Assembly: GCA_036172245.1 (NCBI GenBank)
Contig: JAYWIR010000022.1
Location: 248,001-312,000 of the forward strand
Direction of reading: 5' to 3'
Source of the DNA: Raillietiella orientalis
Lineage: Eukaryota
Length of the DNA: 64,000 nucleotides
Positions 12,420 through 24,613 of this stretch are shown here, one piece after another. A program made the translations under genes and the position numbers. Within the stretch, counting starts at the first letter, position 1. Each line of letters opens with the position of its first letter. The notes beneath the pieces were generated by a model. That model searched no databases and was not told the DNA's origin. It saw only the letters and a list, made by a program, of their open reading frames with translations.

Positions 12420-14215
12420 ACTGCGGAGCGCTCACAGAACGGAATGACCATCTCCGGATTCCAGTCATCCTAGCGGAGCCCGCCCGACACCAACGAAATC
12501 CGGGCGGGACTCAGTTCCGCGGAATCCCGTGAGATGCCAACCTTGGGACGAAATGAGACCGCTGCGCTCACACGTTGTGCGAAGAGCCGGCAGCTGCGAG
12601 CGGTCCGTGAGGATGTGGCGTTCGGGAACCGCGAACAAAAGGAAGGAAGGCCGCCAGCGCGTGGTCCTCACAGGGGGGGAAGGAGTCGCAGGCGAGCAGG
12701 GCATGGTGGGACTGCCCTAGGAAGAATACGAGGAGCACAACAAGGGTGTGCGGACATGCATCGCAAGCCACAGTACATCAGACGGTTCCCTCCCACTCGG
12801 CGAATCGACTCCGCTTCCGACGGCTGCCATCGGCCTGCTGGGATCCATCGGGAGCGGAGTGCTCTCAGAATCTAAAGCTCAAAGTGCAGTTTCCTGCAAG
12901 TCCCTTGCAAGTGATCTCTTTGAGGCGGAGTAGCTTGCTGAGGTCATTCCCGAGAAAGCATGATGCGGCCTCTTGTCACAAGATCCCCGACCCGGTGTCG
13001 TCAAGCTCCTGTCCGAGAACCCGAGGGATGTGGGAACCTTTCGGACGCGTTTACCGGCCCTTGAATGCCGCTTCGTCTCCTATGTGCAGTCTCTCTGGAG
13101 CCAGGAAAGGCCACCCCTTCTTCGCGGCTGCGAGAGCCTTTCTGCTATCTCTCAGGGTCCTGCAGGAAAGTCTGGAACAGGAACGAGCCGGCGCGCTGCG
13201 CGAGTCACTCGGGAGTAGCCCTCACGAGTTTCTTCTCTTTTAGTTCCTGGGAACCCTGGTAGATGGCACCACCTCGCTCATCGCGCGCGTCCCACGCGCC
13301 TTTCCAAATGCGGAAGCACGCGGGACGATGGAGGGTGGAGGCAGTGGTCAGTGGACCAAGTGGATTAGCCTGCCCTACGGCCATACCCTTCTCCGCAGAG
13401 ATGCCTTACGAGATCCACGGCACCGGCCCAATGACAAGACATCTTGAAGGATTTCCAGATGCAGGAAGTCCCTCGGTGGCTGAACGGCGAGTCCTGCACC
13501 CCTCCCGAAGGACTCCCCCTTTTCCCCTGGTCCGGAAGACCTGGAGATGCCTGCAGCGGTGGGAACCCGCTTGCTACATCCCTTGAAGCAGTGGCAGGCG
13601 GCGCTGCACCGGAGACTCCTCCGCATCAGCGCCTTTAGGCAGCGCTGGACCCGGGGGCGCGTTGGCAGTTTTGGGGAAATCGAGCACCGCCTGGTGGACC
13701 TCCGGGAAGCGCTTCCCCTCCGTGGAGCTTCCAATCCCGTAGGAGGGGGAGGGGGTGGAGAATTCAAGAAACTCCCCTTTGCGCGGAGTGCCACGCCGCC
13801 CGCAGCAGCAGCGCCTTGCCGGTGTTATGGCTGCCAGAGACGTGTGCCGAGGGTGCACGGGATGACCGGGGAGCCACGTGGTCCTCTATCCGCTCTCCGA
13901 GGGGAGTGGCGCGACATCCCCACCCAGGACGTCGCGCCTTCCCTTTCGAGAAGGGGTAAGGAAGAACCCGACGGCACCCTGCGGAAGGCGCGCGGAGGAC
14001 CAGAGGTCGTGGACGGTGACCTCTTCCCTTCCCCCCTTGCATAAAAACAGCCACTCCGGGATTTGGTTGGTTCCGCTCTCTCCGCCCCCGGGCAGGAAGT
14101 CGGCGTCCCCATCATCTCGTCATGACACCCCCTTCCTTCCTCCCTCCCCTCCCACCGCCTCCGCGTGCTCCTTGTTGACCTTTTTCTGTGGGCAACCGGC
14201 GTGATCAGGCGACGG
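12420..14215 (+). mobile_element. Degenerate L1/Tx1-like LINE (RT remnant to 3' end)
   Basis: IRGAQQGC (RGVRQGC-like RT motif) in ORF 12534; LLHPLKQWQAALH..RQRWT segment matching the region before the zinc finger in other copies; degenerate terminal hairpin ~14195-14210. Confidence 0.6.
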
Positions 14216-14599
14216 CGCGCCATAGTCTCCCTCCGTGGACCAGCGGGCCGTACGACAAGGCCCCTGGGCACAGGAGTGAGTGGGGGGGTGGCGTTTTACG
14301 AAGATGCGAGCGGGATTGAAAGCTCCTCGCCCTCCCGGACCCCCGTGCCCTGCCTCGAGCAGCTCGTGGAGTGGGGCGCTGCCGCTCTGCAGGTTGTTCC
14401 TAGGGTCGGTCCGGGGGACTCTTGGTCAGATCTAGAAGGCGTTGCTACAGGAGAACGCCCCCCCCCTTCCCCCTTCCGTCCCTCTTGGCGCGATCCGTTT
14501 CCGCCGCCGTCGCCAGAAGACGGTGGAGACTTCTCCAGGACACCCCGAAGGTCTCGGATTCGTCTGCATTGGGTGACGCGGGGTAGCCATGTAGGCGGC

Positions 14600-15800
14600 A
14601 GGAGAAGCTCGTGCTCAGGGGTGGCTGCAGGGTAGCACCCGAAATGAGGGTCTCTGAAGGGCTGGAACGCCAGGGGCGTCCAGCGGGAGTCTCCTGGACT
14701 CCTGGACAGGCCGCCTGAGGCAGACCCCGGATGGGTTCCCCAGGTCAGCTGCCGGCGCAGTGGTGCACACGACGGAGCAGGCAGCCAACCGGTCCGCAGG
14801 CAGTGCAGGGGTCTCCATGGGCACGCAGAAAGGGCACGTCCTGCCTGAGCATGCCGGAGGGGCAAGAGCTTGGCTCCCCTGCGAGTGGCCAGCCTTCGCC
14901 GCGATCCCCCGAGGGTGCGAGTACCGACACCCAAGGACGTGGAAGTTCGTCCCTCCCTAATCCTCCGTCCGGGGCTGTTTCCGGGGGCTTAAAGAGGCCT
15001 TCCACTCCTGTCGTTGAGACGCAGTGTCCCGTCCGGGGGGAGGCGCTCCCGGTGGACGCCAACTACGGGAGCATGCAATTTCCGCTGCCGCCGGGGCGGG
15101 AATTTCGCCGATACTGGCAGGATCGGGAGGCAGTCGGGAAGCCCCGCTGCCGAGGGCTGGAGCGCGTCCCGGCCATTTCCGCCTCCTCCTCCCGCGTGCA
15201 CTCCTGCCGGAGTCCCGGGGAAGCGGAACGCATGGGGAGGGAGGGGGGAAACTTGGGTCTCCGAGGCGGTTGTCCTGGGGACGCGCCGCCCGGGGCTTTC
15301 TGCGTCCCCAGGTGCCGCGTCCTCGGAAACCTTGCTCCAGCTCGTTTCTGGAGAAGACCCGCCCGCGCTCCGGAGGAGCGACGCCGCGAAATTGGAGTCC
15401 TTCCCCAGGAAACGTTCTTCCCAGAATCGGGAGATGCGTGAATTTCCTTTCCCGGTTCGTTCCCGCGCAGACCTCGCCACAGGGAGGGTCGCTTCGGCGC
15501 AATTCATCCTTCAACGCGTGCGTCGCAGCCGCCACCTGCCGCAGGAAGAAGGTGCAGCAAGTGTCTCTTTCTCTTTCCCTTCTCCAGCCAATAGGCTCCA
15601 CAACACACGCTGCGGGCATCCCGTGAGCCGCTCCTGGAGGTAGAGAGCAGGCCGCAACCACTTCGGATCGCCTCCCAGGACATCGCGGTTCTCCTTGGGC
15701 TCTCTTTTCCTCTTCTGCCAAGCTGGGTCGCGGTCCGCTTTCCCCCGTGGACCGTCGAGGTGAAGAGCGCGTGACGCGGAGGGGTGAGCGACGAGATCCA
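14600..15800 (-). mobile_element. Degenerate L1/Tx1-like LINE fragment
   Basis: CPFCVPMETPA zinc-finger remnant near 14800-14840; nucleotide similarity to 10400-11000(+). Confidence 0.5.
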
Positions 15801-16429
15801 CGACGAGAAGCAGCCCGCTGGGCACTGCGGCGGCGGATGCCGTGGGAGACCGGCAAGCGCGGTAGCAATGGAAGTGACGTCACCCGTCACCCGGGGAAAA
15901 CGCGCCATTCGCGTGAGGCTTCCTCGCCAGGCTCGCAGAGGACCGTGAGATTCCCCACACGGCTTGGGTCGCGCTCTCCCCTCCCCCCTCCTGCTCCCCG
16001 GTCTTCCCACCCGAAACGGGAGGGCCCGGATCTCGAAAGCTCCCTGCGTTCCGGCCTTCGAGGACCTTCGAAGCAGCTGCGTAAGCGCGGCTTGCAGGCA
16101 TCGATCCTGCTCCCTGTCATGCTGCACGCAGGGACATCGGTAGACGGGGAGCAGAGACCCACGCGACAAAGCTGATGTGACGATTCGGGATGGGCCGCCG
16201 GCCCGCGCATGAGAGCTGCCCGTATCGCGCGAGAAGCAGACGACGAGGAAGCATCCGGAGGTGCGTCTTGTGCGACCCTGGGCAGCAGGGAAGAGGGGGG
16301 TGCAGCTCGCGCTTGACTCGCGGAGCGGGCGGGCTGGACACCGTGCGGGCAGAATCGCCGGCGGTGAACGCAGGACCCCCGCATGTCTCCTTCCGCAGAG
16401 GATGGCGCGGCACACAGCCGACCACCTGG

Positions 16430-16760
16430 AAAGCTCCATGAGGACGACAAGTAGATGGCCCTACCTGGGGCATACTCGGATGGAACTTGCTGGCATCCTG
16501 GAAAGGATGCAGAGGACGCCCTCCAGCACCCGGTGATTCCTTCCCAAACCCTCCAATTTTTTTGTATATAGTGGGTTTTGGTTTTGGTTTTCCTTTTGTT
16601 TGCCCCTCCCCCCACTCCGCTGCTGAGGCGAACCTCGTCGGACAGCGGGACGGTTACTAGGCAGGTTCCGAGCATTCTTGGACGTTGCAGGGTTGATGGC
16701 CCCACGCAAGATTGTTTATTATGTTTATAATAAACATCCCGGCGTGAGTGGGTGATAAAC
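16430..16760 (+). mobile_element. Short 3' end of L1/Tx1-like LINE
   Basis: MRTTSRWPYLGHTRMELAGILERMQRTPSSTR-stop C-terminus shared with other copies; T-rich tract; terminus AAACATCCCGGCGTGAGTGGGTGATAA. Confidence 0.75.
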
Positions 16761-17099
16761 CACCCACCCACTGCTGCCTTTTCCTCTTCGGCCATCCGAA
16801 TGGCGACGTTGTCGGCGTCGGCTTCTGCGCACCGCTCGTGACGTCATCGTTGGTTAAACGGGAGGCATCCTGGAAACCGGGAAGCAGCGAGACCGAGCAG
16901 CTCGTTTGCCGCGCGTCATTCCCACGCTCCGAGGGCGCCCGCCATCGTTCGGTTAGGAGGGCTCCGGCCCACCTCCGCGAGCGGGACGCCTCCCGTTCGG
17001 AATCCCCTCGTGACTGTGCCCAGCCCGACGTCGCTCCTGGACCTCTGGGGACGCGCGTACACGCAGGTCTCTGCGGTGGTGGCGTCTTCCGGAGAGCAA

Positions 17100-18212
17100 A
17101 GAGATGGCCGTCCGGCTTAGCTCTAAGGCGCCAGAAGCGGGAGAGACATGGTGCCAGTTCCCAGCATGGCCGAGAGTAAAATCAACGGGACGAGCGAGGA
17201 GGCAGAGTGAAATCTGCCTGCGGAACAGCAGATACGCCCTTCAGTCGCTGAGGGAGATCCTGGGTAACACCAGGAACCTGTCTTGGACGTCGTTCGCCCC
17301 CTCGCTCCAGTGCTACCCTCCCTACGGGAAGCAAAGGGCAGCGACCTTCCGGCCAAGTGAGAGGTGACGTGCTCCATCAGCAACAGGAAAGAAGCATTAA
17401 AGTATGTGGACGAGCGGGAGCTTGCGGACGCTGCCACACCGAGTGTCCCATCCAAAGGACCGCTACGCTGGGGAGAGCTGCTACAAATTCTTCCGCACAA
17501 AGTGAAGTGGTCCCCAGAGTGCTGGAACAGTGCAACCCTCCTTTTAGAATGGCAGGAGTCGGCGAGCCTGCTGTTGCATTGGGGCCTCCCATGCAATGTC
17601 CGCCGACGTCGTTGGACCGGGGAGTGTCAACCCGAACCGCAGCAGGTGCGTAGAAAGAGAATCCCTCCCGCACCTCTTTATGCATTGTGCTGCCCTCTGC
17701 CCCTGTGGAAACGCTTTGCCGCGTCCCTGCGGATCCCCGAGGGCAACTCCATAGACGTTTGAAAGAGTCTCTACCTGCGCTACGCCCACCAGCCGCATCC
17801 CTAGCAGCACTTTGCTGCCTTCGCGGGATCGTAGCTGCTCGGAGAAACGCCAGAGGAGTGCAGGACGACAGGGGCACCATCTATTTTGCTGTCCTCTTCA
17901 TGAGGACAGAGTCAAGATGGCCCCATCTGGGAGTCCTGAAACAGGATTGCGGCATCATTAAAGGGTGCAGAGGACACCTTCCAGCACACAGTGATCCCTT
18001 CCCGAATCTTTTTACGTATTTTTTTGTTTTATTTTTTTTCTTTCCGTTTGTTTCTCCTCCTTTTGTGTTGCCGAGGCGATCCTCGCCGGCCTGCGCGCCG
18101 GTTCTCGGCAGGTTCCCATGGCTATGTTTGTAGGGTGGCAGGACCAATCGCCCTGCCGCTGACTTCGAAGTTTATTTTATGGAAACAAACGCCCCGGCGC
18201 AGCCGGGCGTCG
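17100..18212 (+). mobile_element. 5'-truncated L1/Tx1-like LINE (frameshifted zf-RVT-type C-terminus + 3'UTR)
   Basis: LEWQESASLLLHWGLPCN..RRW, frameshifted ESLPHLFMHC, YFAVLFMRTESRWPHLG; T tract; terminal hairpin CGCCCCGG-CGCAG-CCGGGCG. Confidence 0.8.
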
Positions 18213-18899
18213 AGCCGAGGTCTCAGTCCGCGCGCAGGCACGGCTCGCCGCCCGCTGCAGCACCTGCTCGCGGCGGGAGGGAGGCGGTGGCTAGTGGCAC
18301 CGACGCCAGCGCGCTGGGAAGGCAAGCGGGCTAAATCCGAAGCTGCAACGCAACTGCGGACTTGGCTCCCGGCGGTTTATCGCGGTCTCATCGTATTGTG
18401 CGCGCACTCGGAAGGGAGAATGGTAAGGAGGCGGAAGAGCTAAGCCATGCCCTCGCGTGGAATCGAGCGGTAATCCCGGAGACTGCGATTCGTGAAGTCT
18501 GAGGGGCGCGGAGGACAGATCTTCCTTTCGTCCCCGAATTCCAGGAGTCCGCACATCGGCCCGGAGCAGGAAAACAGGAGTCGGTCTTCGCTCCTGTTCC
18601 GGAACGCGTGTCGGTCGTCTCAGCGAGCCAGGGAAGAGCCCCCGTAGACAACGCGCGCGCCGGACTAGCGAACTGCCGCCGCGAGCGGTGGGCGGTTTTA
18701 AGGGCGGCCCCCAAGCCAAGGAAACGCCCGAATTTCGCAGGTGCTGGGCCGGGTCATCGAGTCACCTAGGACAGCCTCCGCCCCTCGGAATTCGGTTTGC
18801 TGAGATCCCTCGGCGCTCCAGTCCGAGGAGCATCGTCGGGAGGCGGTCGCTGGCGCCGGCCCCAGCGCCCATGGAAGGCGGGTATGGGGGGCACCCTCG

Positions 18900-19740
18900 A
18901 GCGCCCGCAAAGACAGGCTGGCGGAGTTCTTTGGTCGCAAAATGCGGTCGCTGCAAAGAGCCGCCGCCTTCAACCCTCGGGGTAGGCCAAACCTCTCGAG
19001 CGGAAGGCAGCTCGACTCGCTTCTCTCGTGCGTTGTCTGGCGGCAAGCAGCTCTGGCCAGATGTCTGATCCGCCTTCGGGGATCTGCGGAGCCGGAGGTG
19101 CGGCAGCGATGAAGGATCCCTTGACCGGTATCCTTCGCTCACCTGCAGCAGCTGCACCCAAAGATATGCAAAAACGCACACTCCTGGTCCACCTTGGTCT
19201 GGCCTCAGCAAACGGAGCCGAAGAGGAAGAGGGGGACCTTGCGCCTTCACCTGCAGCTCCCATGGGGCCGAAGAATCTCCCCAGCCTCGTCTTCAGATCT
19301 AGTAGTGAGTGGAGGCTCAACCAGGCGCCACGCGAGGTCAAGGGAAGGACACCTTCGAGGCATTGCTGCGGGAGAAGCTCCATGCTGCGAGACCCTAGGG
19401 GTCTTGCAGCATGGAGCCTCCCACTAGGGAGAGGAGGGACAGCCCCATTTTCACAACTGGAGGGTGTAGCCCCGAAAGGCTCCCCGGTGTCTTGGAAGAA
19501 CCTCGGGGTTCAACTTCCAATCCTGGCCAACTGACGGGGGCATCCGGCTTCCACTGCTGCCGAACCGCACCCGGATGGATCAACCAGTGTCATCTTGCTG
19601 GGGAAGGGGAAGAGGGGAGGGGGACTTCACTCCTCCCCTCCATTCCTCTGGCGTCGATCCTTACCCCGGTGAGATTCGACTCGAACCCGCGACGCTTTGG
19701 TGTCGCGCGCTGAGGCTCGCAGCCAAATATCCGCCAATGC
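18900..19740 (-). mobile_element. Family-C element (tRNA-like head + MELL... ORF remnant)
   Basis: Head GCATTGGCGG...CCAAAGCGTCGCGGGTTCGAGTC; body similar to 53780-54110; CATGGAGCT with ATG at 19383. Confidence 0.6.
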
Positions 19741-20219
19741 AGGCCCCCCATCCACGAACTCCCATCCTCTTCCTGAAGATCGGAAGAAAAGATTCTGACA
19801 TGGTGGATCGGGGCGTTCTTGGAGACGGTCTCCACGGACCCTCTTTTCGGAACCGGCAGGTCACTGACTGCTTCGCGGTCAGGTCCCGCGGCCGATGCCT
19901 GCTCGCAAGAGGTCCCAGGGGTGGCCAGGGTTCCCGCTGCCGGAAGGCGAGGTCTGGTCCAGTCCACGGAAGTGGTCGGTCGTCCGAGGGCAAATATCCG
20001 TCCCTTCTGAACTTTTTGGTAGCTGCAGAGCATGCGAGCAGGTCTGTTTCTCCGCGACTCCACCCCCTTCCAGTTTGAAACGTGACTTCTTCGGGTCGCA
20101 CCGAGAGCAAGGAGGCCATTGGACGCTGCCCGGCATCGCCACCATCGCTCGCTCTGTCCATCCAGGGACGCAGAGAAGCAAATCGAGCCGGAAAATGAAC
20201 TCGTGCATTGTTGACTCTT

Positions 20220-20850
20220 AGATTCCCCTCCGGCCATGGAAACGGATCTGTCCCTTCCCCCCTTCCCCTAGGGGTAGGGCCCTTCTCCGTCTCGCATCAT
20301 GGAGCTTCCCCTGCAGCGATGCCCCGAAGGCGTCCTTCCCGCCTCGACCTCGCGTGACGCGCGGTTGAGTCTCCGCCCGCGATGGATCTGAAGATGAATG
20401 CCGGAGTGATTCTTCGGCAGCGGAAGATTCCGTCGGACCCTGCGGCCGAATGGACTTGGAGGTCCTCGAGAGGTCGCGAGCAGACTGCTTTCTTAGACGC
20501 AGGGTTGAAGGAAGCGGATCGGCGCGCTTCCCGAAAGACGAGCTTGGAACTGTGCAAGAGAATTCCTCCTCCCGCCGGAAATGAAAAAAAGGAAATTCCT
20601 GGATTCGGCAGGTTGCCACAACACCAGGACGCTGCTGTCCTGCGGTGGCGGGAAGGAAGCGACTGTCCACCAACAGTGTCCACTGCGGTTCAGCTGCGTG
20701 CCTCCCCGTGGAAAGGGACTGCGTTAGCATCCGTGGTCTTGGAGGCTTCATCTTGTCGATCGCCCAGGCCATGCAGCTCGCCAGCGGTGATTTCTGACCA
20801 TCCGACGAGGATGAAACCTGAAGGTTTGGGTCCTTCAGGCTAGAGATTCT
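20220..20850 (+). mobile_element. Headless family-C copy, inverted relative to 18900-19740
   Basis: 20260-20420 is the reverse complement of 19260-19440 at roughly 75-80% identity by eye. Confidence 0.55.
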
Positions 20851-20859
20851 CCCCGAGAC

Positions 20860-21240
20860 CTTCCCCTACTACTGTTCTGAAACAGGGTTTCCTGCCCAGA
20901 CGATTCTGGAAGCTCCTCAACGTCCAACAGACACCATCCCTGGAGGAAGGCACTGTTGGAGAAACACGCGCTGCTGAGTTTTCTTGCAGAAGTCGGTGAA
21001 GAATCCAGGGGTCAGATGCCTTCTTCAGCAAGCATTCGGCCACGCAGCAACCCTTTGAGAGCGTTGAGTCCACTGGTTTTCATCTCCACCGTCCGCAAGA
21101 GGTTCCACCTTTTTCGGATTTCTCTGCCTCACCAGAGGAGTGACGGAAAGCCGAGCTTCTTGTGTCGGGCATCCGCCTCTGTGCTTTCCTTGCGCGCGGG
21201 CGTGTGGTTTCCTGCAACCCTAGCCCTACAATGCATGCAG
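20860..21240 (-). mobile_element. LINE ORF2 fragment
   Basis: Shares GGTTTCCTGCAACC and flanking similarity with 62560-62750. Confidence 0.4.
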
Positions 21241-24200
21241 GAGGTCTCACTGAGAGGGAAAGGACTTTGTCGGGCGCTGTTTCGAGTGGGATGACACACC
21301 TGAGATGTCGTAGCAGCCCTCCATAAAAGGGAAGAGGAGAGTCGGCGGTTCTGGGCGAAGCGATGTTCCTAGGAACGGAACCCGCTTGTTCTCTCATTAA
21401 TCTTCATTTATTCCCGTGGGTTATTTATGAGGAACAAAGTCGAACGCATTGGGCAATCCTGCGTTTGCGGGCCTGTGAAAATGGCATGACAAATTCGCGG
21501 TCACTCATCGGAGACCCTCTTTGTGACCGGTGGACTGCTCGGAGCCTGCAGAAAAAATGAGCATTTTTCGTTTTCATTTCTTATGACGAAAGGAAACGGA
21601 AATCGGCTTAGGAAGAACCCATACTGCAACGTGTGGAATATCAATGTAGTAATAAAGCATTAATATGTAATAAACAGCTTAACGCTGCAGCTCCTCGAAA
21701 CGTAGGAATCCATCTTGATGCGTTCTTTCTTATTCCTCTCTAAGTAGGCACGTATTCATAAATTACCAATGGTGGCCAATTCTTTTAGATTACACAAAGG
21801 AGGGGGGAAAGGACGAAGAAAGGTAAGTCCTCTTCTGAACTGCAGTCTTCTTTCGTTCTGCAAATCACCTAAATTCAGATTACATTACTCATTTGATTCC
21901 GAGTGTGCCTCTCTTAGCGTCGGACACAACCCCTACACAAGCAAACGGCGCGCAGTGTTACCCTCCCCCTCCCCCCCGCGTTTTTCCGTTTCGCCGGTGA
22001 CCGCACGCCTCGACGTGCATTTTTCGCTCCGCGATGATGGTGATGAATTTCATCACGCTGCGCTCCGTCCATCAAGGCATTAGGCCTTTTCTGCTGCGCT
22101 CCGTCCATCAAGAGACCTACAGTTCAAGAGCGCTGGTTCCTTTTAACCGTTCCCACCCCTCCTCCCAATCGAGCAAAAGGAAGAACATTGGGAAGGTGTT
22201 TCAGGTCCCCTGTGCAGCAGCAGGTGAAATCCCAATCACAAAGAATCCTTCTTTAAATCTTTGATTAAAGGGACTGCAGACAAAAGCAGCACGGTTTCGC
22301 ATGCGAGCTGCATCGTTTTGCGACGTCTTCGGCACACATACATTAGCGTGGCATCACGCATTCATTTGCCTTTTATTGAGATCAGACAATCCCGATCAAC
22401 CAAGGAGAATCATCCCCTGCAGTCATCCAAGTAAGAGGATAGCAGCGCCACTTCATGTGCCACCCATGTCGTGTCTGCATTCTTCGCCCGGACGATTCCA
22501 TAGGGGGTCGGAGTTTCCCTCAGGTGAATACGTCGACCCTCTGCTCCCGGAGAAACGAAGCGAAGCTCCGTACTCCATGAAATATGAGAGGTCGATCCCG
22601 AGGCCTCGGAGAGGGAATTCCCCCTCCTTTTTCTCATTTGTCCTCCTGCACGCAGAGGTCAGTTCCCTCTGCTCCGGTCCACGGGTGGAGCGTTCGCGCC
22701 CATTCGCCCATCCGTCCCTGACGCGACTCAGGGCATCCAGGAATGGAAGCCACCCGAGGTGAAGCAGCGGCCTCTTCCCGTGCCAGGAGAAATTTCGTAT
22801 TCCACTTGGCCTCTTTTGAGCCAGCGGTCCCGTTCTCTTCGCAGGTTGCGGATCGCCTTCAAGAGACTGTCCAGAGTGCGCTACTGAAGCCAGAGCGCCG
22901 TCTTGGACGTATCTCCGATGCCATCTTTTCGTTCCGTTCTTGTTTTTGTCGCTTTTTTTTTTGTCGCTGTTCGGACCAAGCGAACCATTCTTTTCGGCTT
23001 CATTGCCTCTCAGGGATTCTGTTGCGCGGAGTTGAGTCCTGTTTGCGTGATGGAAGCGGATCCGTCGGGCTGCTTGAAAAGAATCGGGGAGACGCGTGGC
23101 GTGCGCGCTTCCGCGAAGAGGTTCACCCCCCCCCCCTTCCCCCCCCCCGCGGGATCCCCGGGAAGAACTCGAAGCAGCCAATCCTGCGTCTGGGCGAGCT
23201 GCAGAGCGAGCAGATGATCCTAAGAGCGCGGTCGTCCCCTGGCCACAAGACATGGACCTGGGGGCACTTCGGATGCTGCGACCTTGCCGCTGATGCAGCT
23301 TGCCCCCCCCCTCCCGAAGGTGAACTTCAAGAGATGCAGGTGGAAGTGTTCTCCGCGGTCACTCCATTCATTTCACGAAAACACCGAGATGCGGATTGAT
23401 TCGAGGCAGGATGTGGCGCATCCGCGACGAGGCAGAGCCATCTCATGGGTTCCCGATCTCACCCCTCTGCAGCTGCTGCTGCAGCGGCGGCCGTTCCCCA
23501 AGTCGCTGGCTTCGCTTCGCAACGCATGAAACGGTGTTCCATTATGAAACGTCCGGGGAGACTGTCTGGACCGTGAGGAGGAGGATGGCACGAAAGTGCG
23601 AGATGCCACGGTGAATGCGGAGGACGGCGACTGGAAGCTGCCCCTTGCTCTTGTAGTTAACTCTGGGCTCAGTATGCTGACAGAGAAGAGAACACCACTC
23701 GCCGCATCTCAGGACGAACCTGCGAGAGTGGTCTTTCCCGTCTGGAAGCGCCTCAAGGAAGGGAGAGAATGGGACGACGACGAAAGAGAGCTGTCCGGAA
23801 GAAGCGGGTCGGCGTCGCTCTTGGTCGGCGTCGGTCGAACGGGAACCAGGGAACCCTGGCTCTCCTCGGGGGAAGCCTCTCTTTCGAGACCGTCTCATCA
23901 GCGGAGCCTGGTGGCATCCTCCAGGCTCCGGGAATTTTTCCGGCTCCGGGAAGATGTCGATAAGATCGGAGAAGGAAATTTTTGTTGGCGAGCGGGGAAG
24001 ACAAAAGAAGGAAAAGGAAAAGAAGAGGCGAGAAGATGCTTGGAGATCCGGCGGATCAGCCGAAGTCTCCCGGACGGCGGAGCAAACGCGGATCATCTGC
24101 TCTTCCGATCGGGGGAAATTCGTCGTCTCCCTCCTTCCCGCTCCTGGATCTTTTCCGAGCGGACGGAGATGGAAATTGAATCAGGGAGCTGCTGGCGATA

Positions 24201-24578
24201 AACCCGAAGGATCCGCTCCCGGTACCCGAACGATCGTTTGGCCGCAGCGAACGCCGCGGCACCCATTAAGGGGATCAGGGTCGTTTCTTCGCTGGATTAA
24301 CTTTGCTGATGGCTGCGAGGCCGAGGAGGAGCAGCGGCACATCCGCTCATAAATTTCGGGGATCCTCGGCGTCCACCCTCTCTCGGGCAGGAAGTGGGGC
24401 TCGCACGAGGATGGAGGCGAGATGGCTCGCCTCCTGGAAGGAGCGTCTCTTCCGCTGCCGGGGCGGGCGGGCAGAGACGCCCGGCGTCCTCGCTGCCGGG
24501 AGGCGCACCGCTGAGCGCGCGGGTGCTCCGAGAGGAGGAAGAAGCCTCCCCCGCCGCTTCCTCTCTTCCCACATCTTC

Positions 24579-24613
24579 AACGCTTCTCGGCCTTTTGGCT
24601 AAGCTCAAAGTGT
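24579..24613 (+). pseudogene. U2: U2 snRNA 5' fragment (nt 1-35), tailless retrocopy
   Basis: AACGCTTCTCGGCCTTTTGGCTAAGCTCAAAGTGT, 33/35 match to U2; flanking TTCCCACATC (24566-24575) / TTCCCGCATC (24613-24622) is a 10-bp TSD with one mismatch. Confidence 0.85.

Noticed and set aside
12865..12892. CTAAAGCTCAAAGTGCAGT as a fourth U2 fragment
   Set aside because: Short, several mismatches, no TSD.
13375..13387. CTACGGCCATACC matching the 5' end of 5S rRNA
   Set aside because: Only 13 nt, no continuation, no TSD, inside a LINE.
16040..16760. Twin-priming 5' inversion
   Set aside because: The minus-strand piece is equally explained as a continuation of the neighbouring copy; no shared TSD found.
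22058..22112. Short tandem duplications (also 40400-40461 and 43503-43545) as CRISPR-like repeats
   Set aside because: Only two or three units, no spacers, eukaryotic context; simple local duplications.
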